A stretch of 60,808 nucleotides of DNA, counting the filler. It is 6 parts of 6 records of this genome, joined end to end, with 100 filler letters (N's around TTAATTAATTAA, not from the genome) between each part and the next. Parts side by side here need not be neighbours in the genome. Positions count along the whole stretch, not along the records: positions 1 to 12,061 come from SRR31156797_3203; positions 12,162 to 26,624 come from SRR31156797_3210; 4 more parts are not named here. One strand, given 5' to 3'. Of the stretch, positions 10,032 to 20,164 are shown piece after piece (the first letter of the stretch is position 1; each line of letters opens with the position of its first letter). Position numbers and translations under genes: made by a program. Under the pieces are notes generated by a model. That model saw only the letters and a list, made by a program, of their open reading frames with translations. It did not search any database and was not told the origin of the DNA.

Positions 10032-10715
10032 ATGAAGCTTGTCATGATGATCTTTGTTGCCTGTATTGTAACCGGTTGCACCTCATTTTTCCAAGACACT
10101 GTTGATCAGCCTGTACAGCAAACGCCCCTATCAACAGCCTTTATCGAGGCACGCACCCTTTATGAACAGGGCGATTACGCCGAGTCGCTTAAACTGTTCA
10201 ATCACCTTGCAATAACGGGAGACAACGATGAAATTGTTTTCAACGCCAAACTTGGGGAGACCTGCTGCCGGCTGATGCTTGCAACCACACCCATAGAATA
10301 TTATACGGCTATCGGCATGTGGAACGACCTTGGCGGAGCTAATTCTGATAATACCCCCGCCTTGAATTTCGATATGATCGACCCGGTCATCGTTCGTTTG
10401 ACCACGGAACAAATTCAAAAGGACCTGGAATTAAATCGCGCGCAAGCATCGAAAAAGGAAAAAAACGTTCCGTCCGATGAGACGAAGATAAAGATAATAA
10501 AAGATCAATCGAAGAAGACGAAAATCGAAAACCAAGAAGTGAAAGCGGAACTTTCGGCCTTGAAGGAAAAAGTTAAAGAAGCGGACACCCTACAGCATCA
10601 ATTGGAAAAAATGGAAGCTGAGAATAGATCCCTTAAAGAAAAAATCAAGGCACTGGAAGCCATTGATCAAAATATCCAAAAGAAAAAAACGGAAATAGAG
10701 TCACCCGGTGAATAA
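10032..10715 (+). CDS. Lipoprotein with C-terminal coiled coil (QseG/YfhG-like)
   Basis: MKLVMMIFVACIVTGC lipobox, TPR-like helices, coiled-coil tail ending KIKALEAIDQNIQKKK; lies between the kinase and the regulator. ORF track start is 9951. Confidence 0.65.
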   Translation: MKLVMMIFVACIVTGCTSFFQDTVDQPVQQTPLSTAFIEARTLYEQGDYAESLKLFNHLAITGDNDEIVFNAKLGETCCRLMLATTPIEYYTAIGMWNDLGGANSDNTPALNFDMIDPVIVRLTTEQIQKDLELNRAQASKKEKNVPSDETKIKIIKDQSKKTKIENQEVKAELSALKEKVKEADTLQHQLEKMEAENRSLKEKIKALEAIDQNIQKKKTEIESPGE

Positions 10716-10718
10716 TAG

Positions 10719-12061
10719 ATGAAAAAAAAGTTCTCTTCACAATCCGTCCTCATTGTTGACGATGATCCAAATGTTCTGGAGGTCCTTGACGCCCGCCTAT
10801 CCAGTTGCGGGCTAACGGCCTTTAAAGCGAGTGGCGGCCGGAAAGCGCTTGATCTGCTAAAGACGGAAAAAATCGATCTGGTGGTATCCGATGTAAAAAT
10901 GCCCGAGATGGATGGGCCGGCACTTCTCTCTGAAATCATCAAGACCCACCCCGGCCTTCCCGTTATTTTTCTGACGGCCTATGCCAATGTCCCTGATGCG
11001 GTAAAAGCCGTGAAATCAGGTGCTTTAGATTATGTTGAAAAGCCATTTGATGGAAAAGCGCTTACTGAAAAAATTCAATTCATACTCAATGAATTCGAAA
11101 ATGATGAATTGACGGATGACAACCCTGACGACTCAGATACGGTAACAGAGGAAACATATAAAAGTCCGGCAATGAAGAATTTGGACAGCCTGGTTAAAAA
11201 AGTTGCCAGAAGCAATGTCAATGTTCTCATTTTGGGCGAAAGCGGGGTAGGAAAAGAGAGGATCGCCAACCGTATTCATCAGATTGGTCCCCGCAAGAAT
11301 AAGCCTTTTGTTGTTGTGGACTGTGGGGCGACGCCCGCCGGTCTTTTGGAAAGTGAACTGTTCGGCCATGTCAAAGGTTCATTCACCCATGCCGTGAACG
11401 ATAAAATGGGTCTGATTGAAACCGCTGACACCGGGACCTTGTTTTTGGATGAAATCGGTAACATTTCTCACGAAATGCAAGTCCGATTGCTCCGGTTCCT
11501 TGAGGATAAAAATATCAGACGAATCGGCGGGCTCAAAGGCAAACCGGTTGATTGCAGGATTATCGCAGCAACCAATGCCGAATTAAGTGAAGAAATCAAA
11601 GCCGGCAGGTTTCGTGAAGATCTTTTTTTCAGACTACGGGTCATCACCTTAACCATCCCGCCATTGCGAGAAAGAAAAGCCGACATTCCAACCCTGGTAA
11701 AACATTTTACTAATAAATTCGAAAACAAACATGACTTTAAAGATGTTGTTGTGCCTGACGAAACCATGCAATGGCTTTGTAATTATTCATGGCCCGGAAA
11801 TGTTCGTGAATTAAAAAATGCCATTGAAGGCGGAATTGTCCTGTGCAAGGACAACGTGCTCTATCCGGAGGATTTTCACCTTGCCACTCTTGAAAAAACC
11901 TGCGACGAAAAAAAGGACGACGAACAATGCCTCTCTTTGGAGGAGAGCGAAAAAAACACCATCATCCGAGCCTTGGAACAAACCGGTGGTGTTCAAAAAG
12001 AGGCTGCCGAAGTGCTGGGTATCAGCCGCAGGGCCATCCATTATAAAATTAAAAAATATGA
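10719..12061 (+). CDS. Sigma54-dependent response regulator (NtrC/QseF-like); last codons cut by the contig end
   Basis: Receiver (VDDD, SDVKMP, EKP), Walker A GESGVGKE, ELFGHVKGSFTHA, FLDEIG, FREDLFFRL, WPGNVREL, Fis-type HTH. Confidence 0.93.
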
Positions 12062-12161
12062 NNNNNNNNNNNNNNNNNNNNNNNNNNNNNNNNNNNNNNN
12101 NNNNNTTAATTAATTAANNNNNNNNNNNNNNNNNNNNNNNNNNNNNNNNNNNNNNNNNNNN
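12062..12161. other. Artificial contig spacer
   Basis: 44 N + TTAATTAATTAA (stops in all six frames) + 44 N; composition drops abruptly to AT-rich across it. Confidence 0.98.
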
Positions 12162-12596
12162 ATTTGGGATAAAAATGATATTGATAAGTTTTTAGCTCTT
12201 GGATGTGCTGGTGTACAGATGGCAACACGTTTTATAGGAACATTTGAGTGTGATGCCAGTGAACATTTTAAACAAGTACTACTAAATGCAAAAGAGCATG
12301 ATATTGAGCTTTTAAAATCTCCTGTTGGACTTCCAGCACGTGGAGTACATACAAAACTACAAGATTCAATTGAAGATGGCACTGCTCCAAAAGTTGCATG
12401 TATTAGTAATTGTGTAGCTCCATGTAATAGGGGAGAAGAAGCAAAAGCTGTTGGATACTGTATAGCAGATAGATTAGGTGCAGCTTATGAGGGTGATAAA
12501 GAGACTGGACTGTTTTTCACTGGATCAAATGGTTATAAACTTGAGAAGTTAATAAGTGTAAAAGAGTTGATGGAAAAACTAACGAAGGGTGAATAG
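12162..12596 (+). CDS. Nitronate monooxygenase / FabX-like flavoprotein, 5'-truncated
   Basis: Frame is open from the contig edge (IWDKNDIDKFLALGCAGVQMATRF); SPVGLPARG, CISNCVAPC...YCIADRL Cys cluster, GLFFTGSN. Confidence 0.85.
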   Translation: MWDKNDIDKFLALGCAGVQMATRFIGTFECDASEHFKQVLLNAKEHDIELLKSPVGLPARGVHTKLQDSIEDGTAPKVACISNCVAPCNRGEEAKAVGYCIADRLGAAYEGDKETGLFFTGSNGYKLEKLISVKELMEKLTKGE

Positions 12597-12604
12597 GTTC
12601 TATT

Positions 12605-13999
12605 TTGAAAAGGATAATTCTTAGTTTACTTTTCCTATTCTGCTATTCTTTTGGTGCAACAAAAAGTTTTTACCAAGATAAATATACTGATTCAAAAAAA
12701 GAGTATTTGCAAGCTATTATGTCAAGTGATAGAGGTAAAGAGATTGAGAGTTTAAAAAAGCTTATTCTTTATGGGGAAAAGTTAAATCTTGATACTTTAA
12801 AATATAAAAAAGAATTAAATAAAATTGATACTACTATTAAACCAAAAGAGACTGTAACAACAAAGTCTTATTTTAAACCAGAAGTAAAACAAGCACCCAA
12901 ACAGCCAGTGAAACAACCAGTGATCACTTCAAAACCTCTTCGCTCAACCATAAAATCAGTAAGCCAAAATGAAAATAGTATCACTTTAAATTTTAATAGA
13001 AGAATCAATAAATCTTTTATAGATTATGATAAATTTAGAGATGGGAAGAAGTTTTATGATCAGTTTGATATAAAAGGCTACTTTAAAGATGCAGGTCCTA
13101 CAAAGCTATCTATGAAAGGGATTGATAAAATTACAATATATCAATACAAGGACGATACTTTACGAATACGATTTCAAGATAATAAAAATCTAAAAATCAT
13201 TTATATAATTACTAAAAACTCTATAATTATCAAAGTTTTAGATATTGCATCTCAAACAAAAACTGCAAAAAAATCAAAAGAGGTCCAACTCCTTCCTGAG
13301 AATACTTTTTATCCATCACATAAAACTATTGTGATAGATCCAGGGCATGGAGGAAAAGACTCAGGAGCTGTTGGTAAAGGAAGATTATATGAAAAAAACA
13401 TTGTTTTTAATATCTCAAAATACTTAAAACAAGAGTTAGAAAAAAATGGTTTTAAAGTATATCTTACAAGATCACGTGATAAGTTTATAAAACTCTCTTC
13501 AAGAACAAAGTATGCAAATAGAAAAAATGCGGATCTTTTTATCTCAGTTCATGCAAATGCAGTTCCAAAAAGCAAAGCTCATAGAATAGAGGGGATAGAA
13601 ACATTCTTTTTAAGTCCAGCGAGAAGTGAAAGGGCAAAAAGAGTTGCTGCTTTAGAAAATAAAGGAGATATGGGAAGTATGGGCTGGAGTAGTAAAAACT
13701 CACTTCTTACAATCCTTAATCAATCAAAAATCACAGCATCAAATAAAGCAGCTATTGATATTCAAAAAAATATGCTTTATCTTCTTCGTCAAAAATATGG
13801 GAAAAAGACTATTAAAGATGCAGGGGTAAGAGAGGGGCCATTTTGGGTATTAGTTGGAGCTCAAATGCCTTCAGTTCTTATTGAAGTAGGGTATATTACT
13901 CATCCAAGAGAATCGAAAAGATTAAAAAGTACAACTTATCAAAAACTTGTTGCAAAAGGGATAGCAAAAGGAGTTACTAGTTACTTTTTGAAAAACTAA
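12605..13999 (+). CDS. amiA: N-acetylmuramoyl-L-alanine amidase (Amidase_3)
   Basis: Signal peptide; IVIDPGHGGKDSGA, EK, ADLFISVHANA, GIETFFL, PFWVLVGAQMPSVLIEVGYI. Confidence 0.92.
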   Translation: MKRIILSLLFLFCYSFGATKSFYQDKYTDSKKEYLQAIMSSDRGKEIESLKKLILYGEKLNLDTLKYKKELNKIDTTIKPKETVTTKSYFKPEVKQAPKQPVKQPVITSKPLRSTIKSVSQNENSITLNFNRRINKSFIDYDKFRDGKKFYDQFDIKGYFKDAGPTKLSMKGIDKITIYQYKDDTLRIRFQDNKNLKIIYIITKNSIIIKVLDIASQTKTAKKSKEVQLLPENTFYPSHKTIVIDPGHGGKDSGAVGKGRLYEKNIVFNISKYLKQELEKNGFKVYLTRSRDKFIKLSSRTKYANRKNADLFISVHANAVPKSKAHRIEGIETFFLSPARSERAKRVAALENKGDMGSMGWSSKNSLLTILNQSKITASNKAAIDIQKNMLYLLRQKYGKKTIKDAGVREGPFWVLVGAQMPSVLIEVGYITHPRESKRLKSTTYQKLVAKGIAKGVTSYFLKN

Positions 14000-14010
14000 A
14001 AAGACAAAAA

Positions 14011-15597
14011 TTAAAGGTTTTTAAAGAGTTTTGTGTCAACTTTATCTATTTGTGATGGGGCGATATTATCTTGTGCATAGATCATATAAAGCTCCTCTTC
14101 TACAAAAAATTTCACAAGCTCTTTGTCAAGCTCATCATCTTTTGCCATAAAATAAAGTATTTTTATAGCTTGGTTTATGGTATTTGGTTTTTTATATGGA
14201 CGATCTGACGCAGTAAGTGATTCAAAGATATCAGCAATAGCTACGATTCGTGCTTCAAAACTAATCTCATCCCCTTTTAATCCTAAAGGATATCCCTCTC
14301 CATTGATTTTTTCATGGTGTCCCCCAGCGATCTCTGGAACCCTCTCATATTTTTTAGGAAATGGAAGCGAGCTTAATATCTCATAACTAAGTTTTGCATG
14401 ATTATTTACTATATTTCTCTCCTCAGGAGTGATGGTTCCTTTTTTGATACAAAGATTATAGATCTCATCTTCATTTAAAATATTTTGCTCTATCCCATCT
14501 AAGGTGACTTGATATTTTGCTATGCTATATATCCTTTGGATATACTCATCACTCATAAACTCCCCACCAAAATTGATATTGACTAAAAACTCTTTATCGT
14601 CGTTAAGCTGCTCTATTTGTTTATAGTATTCTAGCTCTATTGCCTCTTTATCTGAAGGTTTTTTTATAATCTCTTGAAGCATTTTGACTTCAAGCTCTTT
14701 TTTCAAAAGTTCAAATCGAACTTTTACAGTCTCAATCCCATCACGTATCTTTTCTAGTTTTGTTGCCTTATCTATAATATGATCAGGAGTAGTGATTTTC
14801 CCTACATCGTGCATCCAAGCTGCTAGATCAAGTTGCTGCATATCTTCTTCATCAAAATTGATATCTTTGTATTTATTTTTGTTTTCATTTACTGCAATTG
14901 CTATAATTTCTGTAAGGTCAGCCACTCTATTAATATGCCCTTGGGTATATTTTGATTTTGCTCCAATAGCTGTTGCGATCGCTTGAACGAAAGAGTCGAG
15001 TAAGTTTTCTAGGTCTTGTACAAGTTTTGATTGTGTGATAGATACAGCAGCTTGTGAACCCATAGAGAGAATTAGTTTTTCATCTGCTTTATTAAATGGG
15101 ATACTCTCTCCATTCTCATCTTTTTTATTAATTAGTTGTAGAACTCCAATCACTGTATTATCATAACTTTTCATGGGAACTACTAGCATAGACTTGGTTC
15201 GATATCCATTAGCTTCATCAAAAGCTTTAGGCCCTTGAAAGTCAAAGCCCTCATAGTGATATACATCTTCCACATTAATTAAGGTATTATGGAGTGCACA
15301 ATAAACAGAGATATTGATATCATTCTCTTCACCATTCTTTTTATGTAAAGGAAGGTTAGGCCAAGGAAGTGTCCCCTCAGCTTTTGAGATATCAAGTCCA
15401 AGAGAATCTGTTTGAACAGCAGTAAATACCAAAGAACTATTGTCATTATTCATAAGATAAAAGGTTCCTGCATCAGCGTTTGAAAGTTTTTTGGCAGTAG
15501 TGAGTATCTTCCTCATAACTACTTGGAAATCTTTCTCTTCACTTAATAGATAGCCTATATCATTGAGTTGGTCTATATAATAATTCTTCTTTTCCAT
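14011..15597 (-). CDS. GAF + HD-GYP phosphodiesterase
   Basis: GAF (ADAGTFY, GYRTKSMLVVPM, GVLQLINK); WMHDVGKI, helical insertion, HHEKINGEGYP, ADIFESLTASDRPYKK. Confidence 0.92.
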   Translation of the reverse strand: MEKKNYYIDQLNDIGYLLSEEKDFQVVMRKILTTAKKLSNADAGTFYLMNNDNSSLVFTAVQTDSLGLDISKAEGTLPWPNLPLHKKNGEENDINISVYCALHNTLINVEDVYHYEGFDFQGPKAFDEANGYRTKSMLVVPMKSYDNTVIGVLQLINKKDENGESIPFNKADEKLILSMGSQAAVSITQSKLVQDLENLLDSFVQAIATAIGAKSKYTQGHINRVADLTEIIAIAVNENKNKYKDINFDEEDMQQLDLAAWMHDVGKITTPDHIIDKATKLEKIRDGIETVKVRFELLKKELEVKMLQEIIKKPSDKEAIELEYYKQIEQLNDDKEFLVNINFGGEFMSDEYIQRIYSIAKYQVTLDGIEQNILNEDEIYNLCIKKGTITPEERNIVNNHAKLSYEILSSLPFPKKYERVPEIAGGHHEKINGEGYPLGLKGDEISFEARIVAIADIFESLTASDRPYKKPNTINQAIKILYFMAKDDELDKELVKFFVEEELYMIYAQDNIAPSQIDKVDTKLFKNL

Positions 15598-15627
15598 TGT
15601 AATTATTGTATCAAAACTATTTATATT

Positions 15628-17874
15628 TTATCCTTTTGTAGTATGAACAAATACCCCATTAAAGTTTTTTGGTGGAGAATCTATATAGTGTTCACATCTC
15701 TCAATATAGATTTTATATATATTTTGATTGGTTTTTTCTTCCCACAGCTCAATTTTCTGAAATATTTTGATTGCCTCTTTAAAGTTTGCATTTTTATAAA
15801 GCTCTATGGCATGATGATAGAGTTTTAGCTCTTTTAAAAGCTGCTCTTTTGAGACTTTATAGAGTCTATGCATTGACTCATCCCTATTGTAATCTACAAT
15901 TTGCCAAATCTCTATAGGTTCTTTTTTCCCTTTTACTGTAACAAGGTCTAAGAATCTAAATATAAAATCATCTTGATTTAGTTGTTCTTTTGTAAAATTG
16001 GAAATATTACATTTTGAGTTATAAAATTTACACAGAGATTCTAATCTTGCTCCTAGATTAATTGGATCTCCAATTACTGTATAATCACTTCTTTTAGAAC
16101 TTCCCATCTCTCCTACTATGGCAACACCAGTATTTAGACCAATACCTATATCAATAGGTGCAACATTGTTCTCTTTTGCCATTTTTACAACATTTTCAAA
16201 CCTTGGATCTTTTTGGATCTTTCTATTAAGTTCATCTAATAAGTGCAGTTGTTCTAAGGTTGCTACAACTGCTCTATGGGCATGATCAGGAACATCCCCA
16301 GGGGCATTCCAATATGCCATAATAGCATCACCAATAAACTTATCAACAGTTCCACGCTCTTTTATAATAATCTCGGTCATTGGATCCATATATTCATTTA
16401 AAAACTCAATTAAAACCCTTGCATTTGGCATAGCTTCTGAGATATTGGTAAAGTTTCTCACGTCACTAAAAAAGATAGTTACCTCTTTTTCCATAGCAGC
16501 AAAGGTATCACTCTCTTGGTTTTCAAGTAATGACTCCATAACCTCTTGAGACACTTTTGAAGCAAACTTGTGTTTAATAGCTAAACTTTGTTTTCTTTCC
16601 AAAAAATAATTTAAGATAAAAGAGATAATAGTAGCAGTGATAATAGTAGCCATTGGAAATAGAATACTTAAGATTAAGTTTTTCTCAAATAATATATAAA
16701 ATAAGATATAAGCATCAATAGAAGCAACTAAAAGAACTAAAAAAATAGCTTTAGCTGGAGATAGATAGATGATTATAAGAGTGATCAAGATACTTAAGAA
16801 TAAAATATGTACAATATTCAAACCATCTGTCCATGAAGGGTTATAAAGATAGTTATCACTGAGTACATTATCGATCACATTTGCATGCACTTCGACTCCT
16901 GGATAGACTGAATCAAAAGGGGTAGCTCGAAGGTCTAAAAGACCAGCAGCACTTGTTCCTATAATGGCAATTTTCCCCTCAATATCTTCTTTATTAAACT
17001 TATTATTAAGAATATCAATTGCAGAGATATATTGAAAGCTTTTTACTCCACCTTTAAAGTTGACAATAATTCTTCCATATCTGTCTGTTGGGATATTAAA
17101 TTCACCTAGACCTATATTATATACTCCATTGATATCATAATCTACGATCACTTTTTTTACTCCTGAGATTACTCGTATCACTTCAAGGGCTAAAGATGGG
17201 TAAAGTTGTTCATTATATCTTATAATTAAAGGAACACTTCTAATAATACCCGCTTCATCAGGGACATTATTAAAAAAACCACTTGAATAAGAGTTGTCTT
17301 GAATGATTGGATAATTTAAAATAGTTCCATACGCATTGATCACCATATCTTTTGTTTGTTCATTTCTATTTTTTTCAATAAAAATAGCAGGGATATCAGG
17401 AGATTTTTTATCTATAAAATCATCTTTGGCAAGTTGAAATTGATACCCTAAAATAGTGGGGGTTTGTGCAATAGTTTGAGCAAAGATTAGATCATTATCT
17501 GGAAGTTTTTTTTCTGTTTGTATATTGAATTTTTCTAGAATTCTTTTAGGGCTCGTTCGATCCTCTTCAGGAAATACCATATCAAAGGCGATAAGTCCAA
17601 TACCAGTGTGAGATAAATTGGTTAAAATATTTGAAACAATACGTCTATCCCAAGGCCATTGACCAATCTCTTTTAGTGATCTATCGTCTATATCTATGAT
17701 CACAATATTGTGATTATCAGGAAGTTTTCCCCTTACAATAAACATATAATCTCTTAGTTTATTATCTACAGATTCCAATGTTTTAGGGATATAGAGATAA
17801 AACGCGGACATAAAGGAAAAAACAACTAAAGAAACTAGAAGATAGATAAAAAATTTTTTAAAATGTTTTTTCAT
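15628..17874 (-). CDS. CHASE2-domain class III adenylate cyclase
   Basis: CHASE2 (IDIDDRSL, GQWPWDR, PGVEVHAN), three TM helices, IFFSDVRNFT, DKFIGDAIMA, DYTVIGDPINLGARLE. Confidence 0.93.
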   Translation of the reverse strand: MKKHFKKFFIYLLVSLVVFSFMSAFYLYIPKTLESVDNKLRDYMFIVRGKLPDNHNIVIIDIDDRSLKEIGQWPWDRRIVSNILTNLSHTGIGLIAFDMVFPEEDRTSPKRILEKFNIQTEKKLPDNDLIFAQTIAQTPTILGYQFQLAKDDFIDKKSPDIPAIFIEKNRNEQTKDMVINAYGTILNYPIIQDNSYSSGFFNNVPDEAGIIRSVPLIIRYNEQLYPSLALEVIRVISGVKKVIVDYDINGVYNIGLGEFNIPTDRYGRIIVNFKGGVKSFQYISAIDILNNKFNKEDIEGKIAIIGTSAAGLLDLRATPFDSVYPGVEVHANVIDNVLSDNYLYNPSWTDGLNIVHILFLSILITLIIIYLSPAKAIFLVLLVASIDAYILFYILFEKNLILSILFPMATIITATIISFILNYFLERKQSLAIKHKFASKVSQEVMESLLENQESDTFAAMEKEVTIFFSDVRNFTNISEAMPNARVLIEFLNEYMDPMTEIIIKERGTVDKFIGDAIMAYWNAPGDVPDHAHRAVVATLEQLHLLDELNRKIQKDPRFENVVKMAKENNVAPIDIGIGLNTGVAIVGEMGSSKRSDYTVIGDPINLGARLESLCKFYNSKCNISNFTKEQLNQDDFIFRFLDLVTVKGKKEPIEIWQIVDYNRDESMHRLYKVSKEQLLKELKLYHHAIELYKNANFKEAIKIFQKIELWEEKTNQNIYKIYIERCEHYIDSPPKNFNGVFVHTTKG

Positions 17875-17889
17875 TGTTTTTTAGATCCA

Positions 17890-18666
17890 TTAAAACTCTA
17901 TAATATCCTGTGCTTGTAAAACCATACCACCATTTAATAATAGTTCTGAAGAGTATATCTCATTGATAAGTTCGTGTTTAAAATGTGGTTTAAGATGGTT
18001 TATATGAAGTGTTATCTCTTTTCTTTGGAGTTTTAAAAGCTCCTTTTGTAAAACTTTTGGAGTAAGATGTTTACTATCAAATGCTAATTGCTCAAACTTT
18101 GAGGGGAAAGATACATCGATAATAACTGTTGAAATAGTTTTGTCATTATTGATAACATCCCAAATATTATCACAAATATAGGTATCAGAAGTAAAAAATA
18201 TAGAAGAGGCTTCTTTTTTTATAATATATCCATTACTTGAAGAGGTATGGTTGTTTTTAATGGCAGTGATTGAATACTCATCAAACTCTATTGGGGTATT
18301 TAATTCAATAGGGATAAACTCAACTGCTTTATGATCTGAATCAATAAGTGATATTTGAGAAAAATCTGGCCAAATTTCCCAATTTAATACATGATCTTGA
18401 AGGTTTTGTATCGTTCCTTTTTGTCCATAGATCTTTAAAGGTTTCTTTCTTTGGCTAAAAGTATTATCAATTAAAAAAGGGATATCAACTATATGATCAA
18501 GGTGAGAGTGTGATAAAAAGATATGATCAATATTTCGTACATCACTTCCTAGTGAATCAATCAAATTGCCTGCGTCTATCACACTATTTTGCGAAATTTG
18601 TAAAGAGGTTAAATGCATATTATTAGCTTTACCACCATAAGCACCTAAAACTTTTATAAAAGGCAT
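17890..18666 (-). CDS. Class II 3',5'-cyclic-nucleotide phosphodiesterase (metallo-beta-lactamase fold)
   Basis: IKVLGAYGG, IDAG, LSHSHLDHI, NWEIWPDF, FTSDT, DVSFP, HLTP, HLKP. Confidence 0.85.
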   Translation of the reverse strand: MPFIKVLGAYGGKANNMHLTSLQISQNSVIDAGNLIDSLGSDVRNIDHIFLSHSHLDHIVDIPFLIDNTFSQRKKPLKIYGQKGTIQNLQDHVLNWEIWPDFSQISLIDSDHKAVEFIPIELNTPIEFDEYSITAIKNNHTSSSNGYIIKKEASSIFFTSDTYICDNIWDVINNDKTISTVIIDVSFPSKFEQLAFDSKHLTPKVLQKELLKLQRKEITLHINHLKPHFKHELINEIYSSELLLNGGMVLQAQDIIEF

Positions 18667-18671
18667 AGTAT

Positions 18672-19100
18672 TTATCCTTTTGTAAGATAAGTTACTATTT
18701 TATTAGCAAGTTTCTCCTGTTTGGTTTTTATTTTGGGAAGTTTTTTTATATCAAAAAACTTAGCTTGTGTGTTTTCCCAAGAAAGATATTTTTCTAAGAG
18801 CTTATCATTATTAAAATATCTTTCAATCCCTTTTATATTTGAGTAGTTTGCTAAAAAAATACCAATATCTTTTTTTTCATTAATTTGCTCAAAATAGTTT
18901 TCAAGAAAATTATTTCTTACAATAATACTAGATTCTTCTTGAAATTCTCTCATGGCAGTTTGTTTTGGATTTTCTAGTGGTTCTGTCCCACCTTTTAAAA
19001 AGCCCCATTTGTTTTTACTTTTTATCGATTTACATAAAAGAATTTTAGTAGTGTTTTTTTCTCTTTTATAGAGGCATATTCCATATGCTTTTAGTTTCAT
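18672..19100 (-). CDS. NUDIX hydrolase
   Basis: WGFLKGGTEPLENPKQTAMREFQEES Nudix box. Confidence 0.85.
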   Translation of the reverse strand: MKLKAYGICLYKREKNTTKILLCKSIKSKNKWGFLKGGTEPLENPKQTAMREFQEESSIIVRNNFLENYFEQINEKKDIGIFLANYSNIKGIERYFNNDKLLEKYLSWENTQAKFFDIKKLPKIKTKQEKLANKIVTYLTKG

Positions 19101-20164
19101 TGGTTCTCTTTTTTTCTATATAATAAGATAGAGAGAAGTGATAAAAGCATAATTGGTACTAAGATTGCAAGTTCTGCTGATATGACCCCTCCTGAAGCTA
19201 GTTTTTGAAGTAAAAAGAGTATTCCCCAAGTTACAAGTGTACCAAAAATTGAGATCGATAAGAATTTTGCAGTATTAAAAAAACGACTGCTTGATTCAGT
19301 ATAGATAAATATAAGAATAATAAGAGGTAAGACAAAAAAAGGGATAAATATCTGTGAATATAAAATAACTTTTATCTTATTGGTATTAAAGTCTTGATCC
19401 TCTAAAAGTAAAATAGTTCTTATAGCATCAAGGATAGAAAATTGAACTTTTGCCTTATACACATTATTGATGATATTAGGTTCAAACCCCTCTAAGGTAT
19501 GAAGAAACTTCTCTTTAGAGATTTGAAGTTTAGAATCATCCCAGTTGATATCGCTTGGTTTATGTGTAACAGTAGCATCGATGACATACCATTTATTATT
19601 TTGATAGTAGGCTTTTTGAGCTTCTATCATCTCTATAATATCATTATTAGCTGTTTTAAAGATTCGTATATCTTCAGCTTTCTTCTCTAAAGGATAGAGT
19701 TTTTTAAAATAAACAAAATACTCATTATATTTTAAAAATATATTGCTTCTTGCATTGATAAAGTGTTCATTATTGACAATTCTATCTTTCTTTTCTACAG
19801 AATAAGCTAATGGGGTCATTTGAAGACCTATAAGGATAAGGATAATAAAAGTAGTTAAAAAAAGTATAGGTTTTAAAATCGAAAAAGAGGAGATACTTAA
19901 AGCATAAAAACTTACAAGTTCATTATTCTTTACAAAAAAAGTAATAGCTACGATCCATCCAAATACCAAAGAGATAGGTAATGTGATACTAAGAGTATAA
20001 AAAAAGTTATATGCTATATATAGAAGCTGCAAGTTTGCTGAGCTTGGTAATGAGCTTAGGTTTTGTAAAACATCAACTCCCACAAAAAAAAGTTCTAATG
20101 AAATAAGGATGATAAAAAAATATTTGAGATATTTGCTAATAAGGTATCGTGTTAATATACTCAT
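19097..20164 (-). CDS. LptF/LptG-family LPS export permease
   Basis: 3 TM + periplasmic domain + 3 TM; ILTRY start, TLPIS, NNELVSFYA; follows pth as in Campylobacterota. Confidence 0.85.
   Translation of the reverse strand: MSILTRYLISKYLKYFFIILISLELFFVGVDVLQNLSSLPSSANLQLLYIAYNFFYTLSITLPISLVFGWIVAITFFVKNNELVSFYALSISSFSILKPILFLTTFIILILIGLQMTPLAYSVEKKDRIVNNEHFINARSNIFLKYNEYFVYFKKLYPLEKKAEDIRIFKTANNDIIEMIEAQKAYYQNNKWYVIDATVTHKPSDINWDDSKLQISKEKFLHTLEGFEPNIINNVYKAKVQFSILDAIRTILLLEDQDFNTNKIKVILYSQIFIPFFVLPLIILIFIYTESSSRFFNTAKFLSISIFGTLVTWGILFLLQKLASGGVISAELAILVPIMLLSLLSILLYRKKENQ

Noticed and set aside
12106-12117. Recurrent TTAATTAATTAA palindrome flanked by Ns, as a repeat, CRISPR or att site
   Set aside because: Identical 100-bp construct at all five joins with stops in six frames; it is a linker. 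ORF-track ends at 12113 and 26680 are artefacts of it.
14011-18666. Cyclase cluster as an anti-phage system (Pycsar/CBASS)
   Set aside because: The cyclase is a membrane CHASE2 sensor with ATP-specifying residues, and no cNMP-binding TIR/TM effector or CD-NTase is present.
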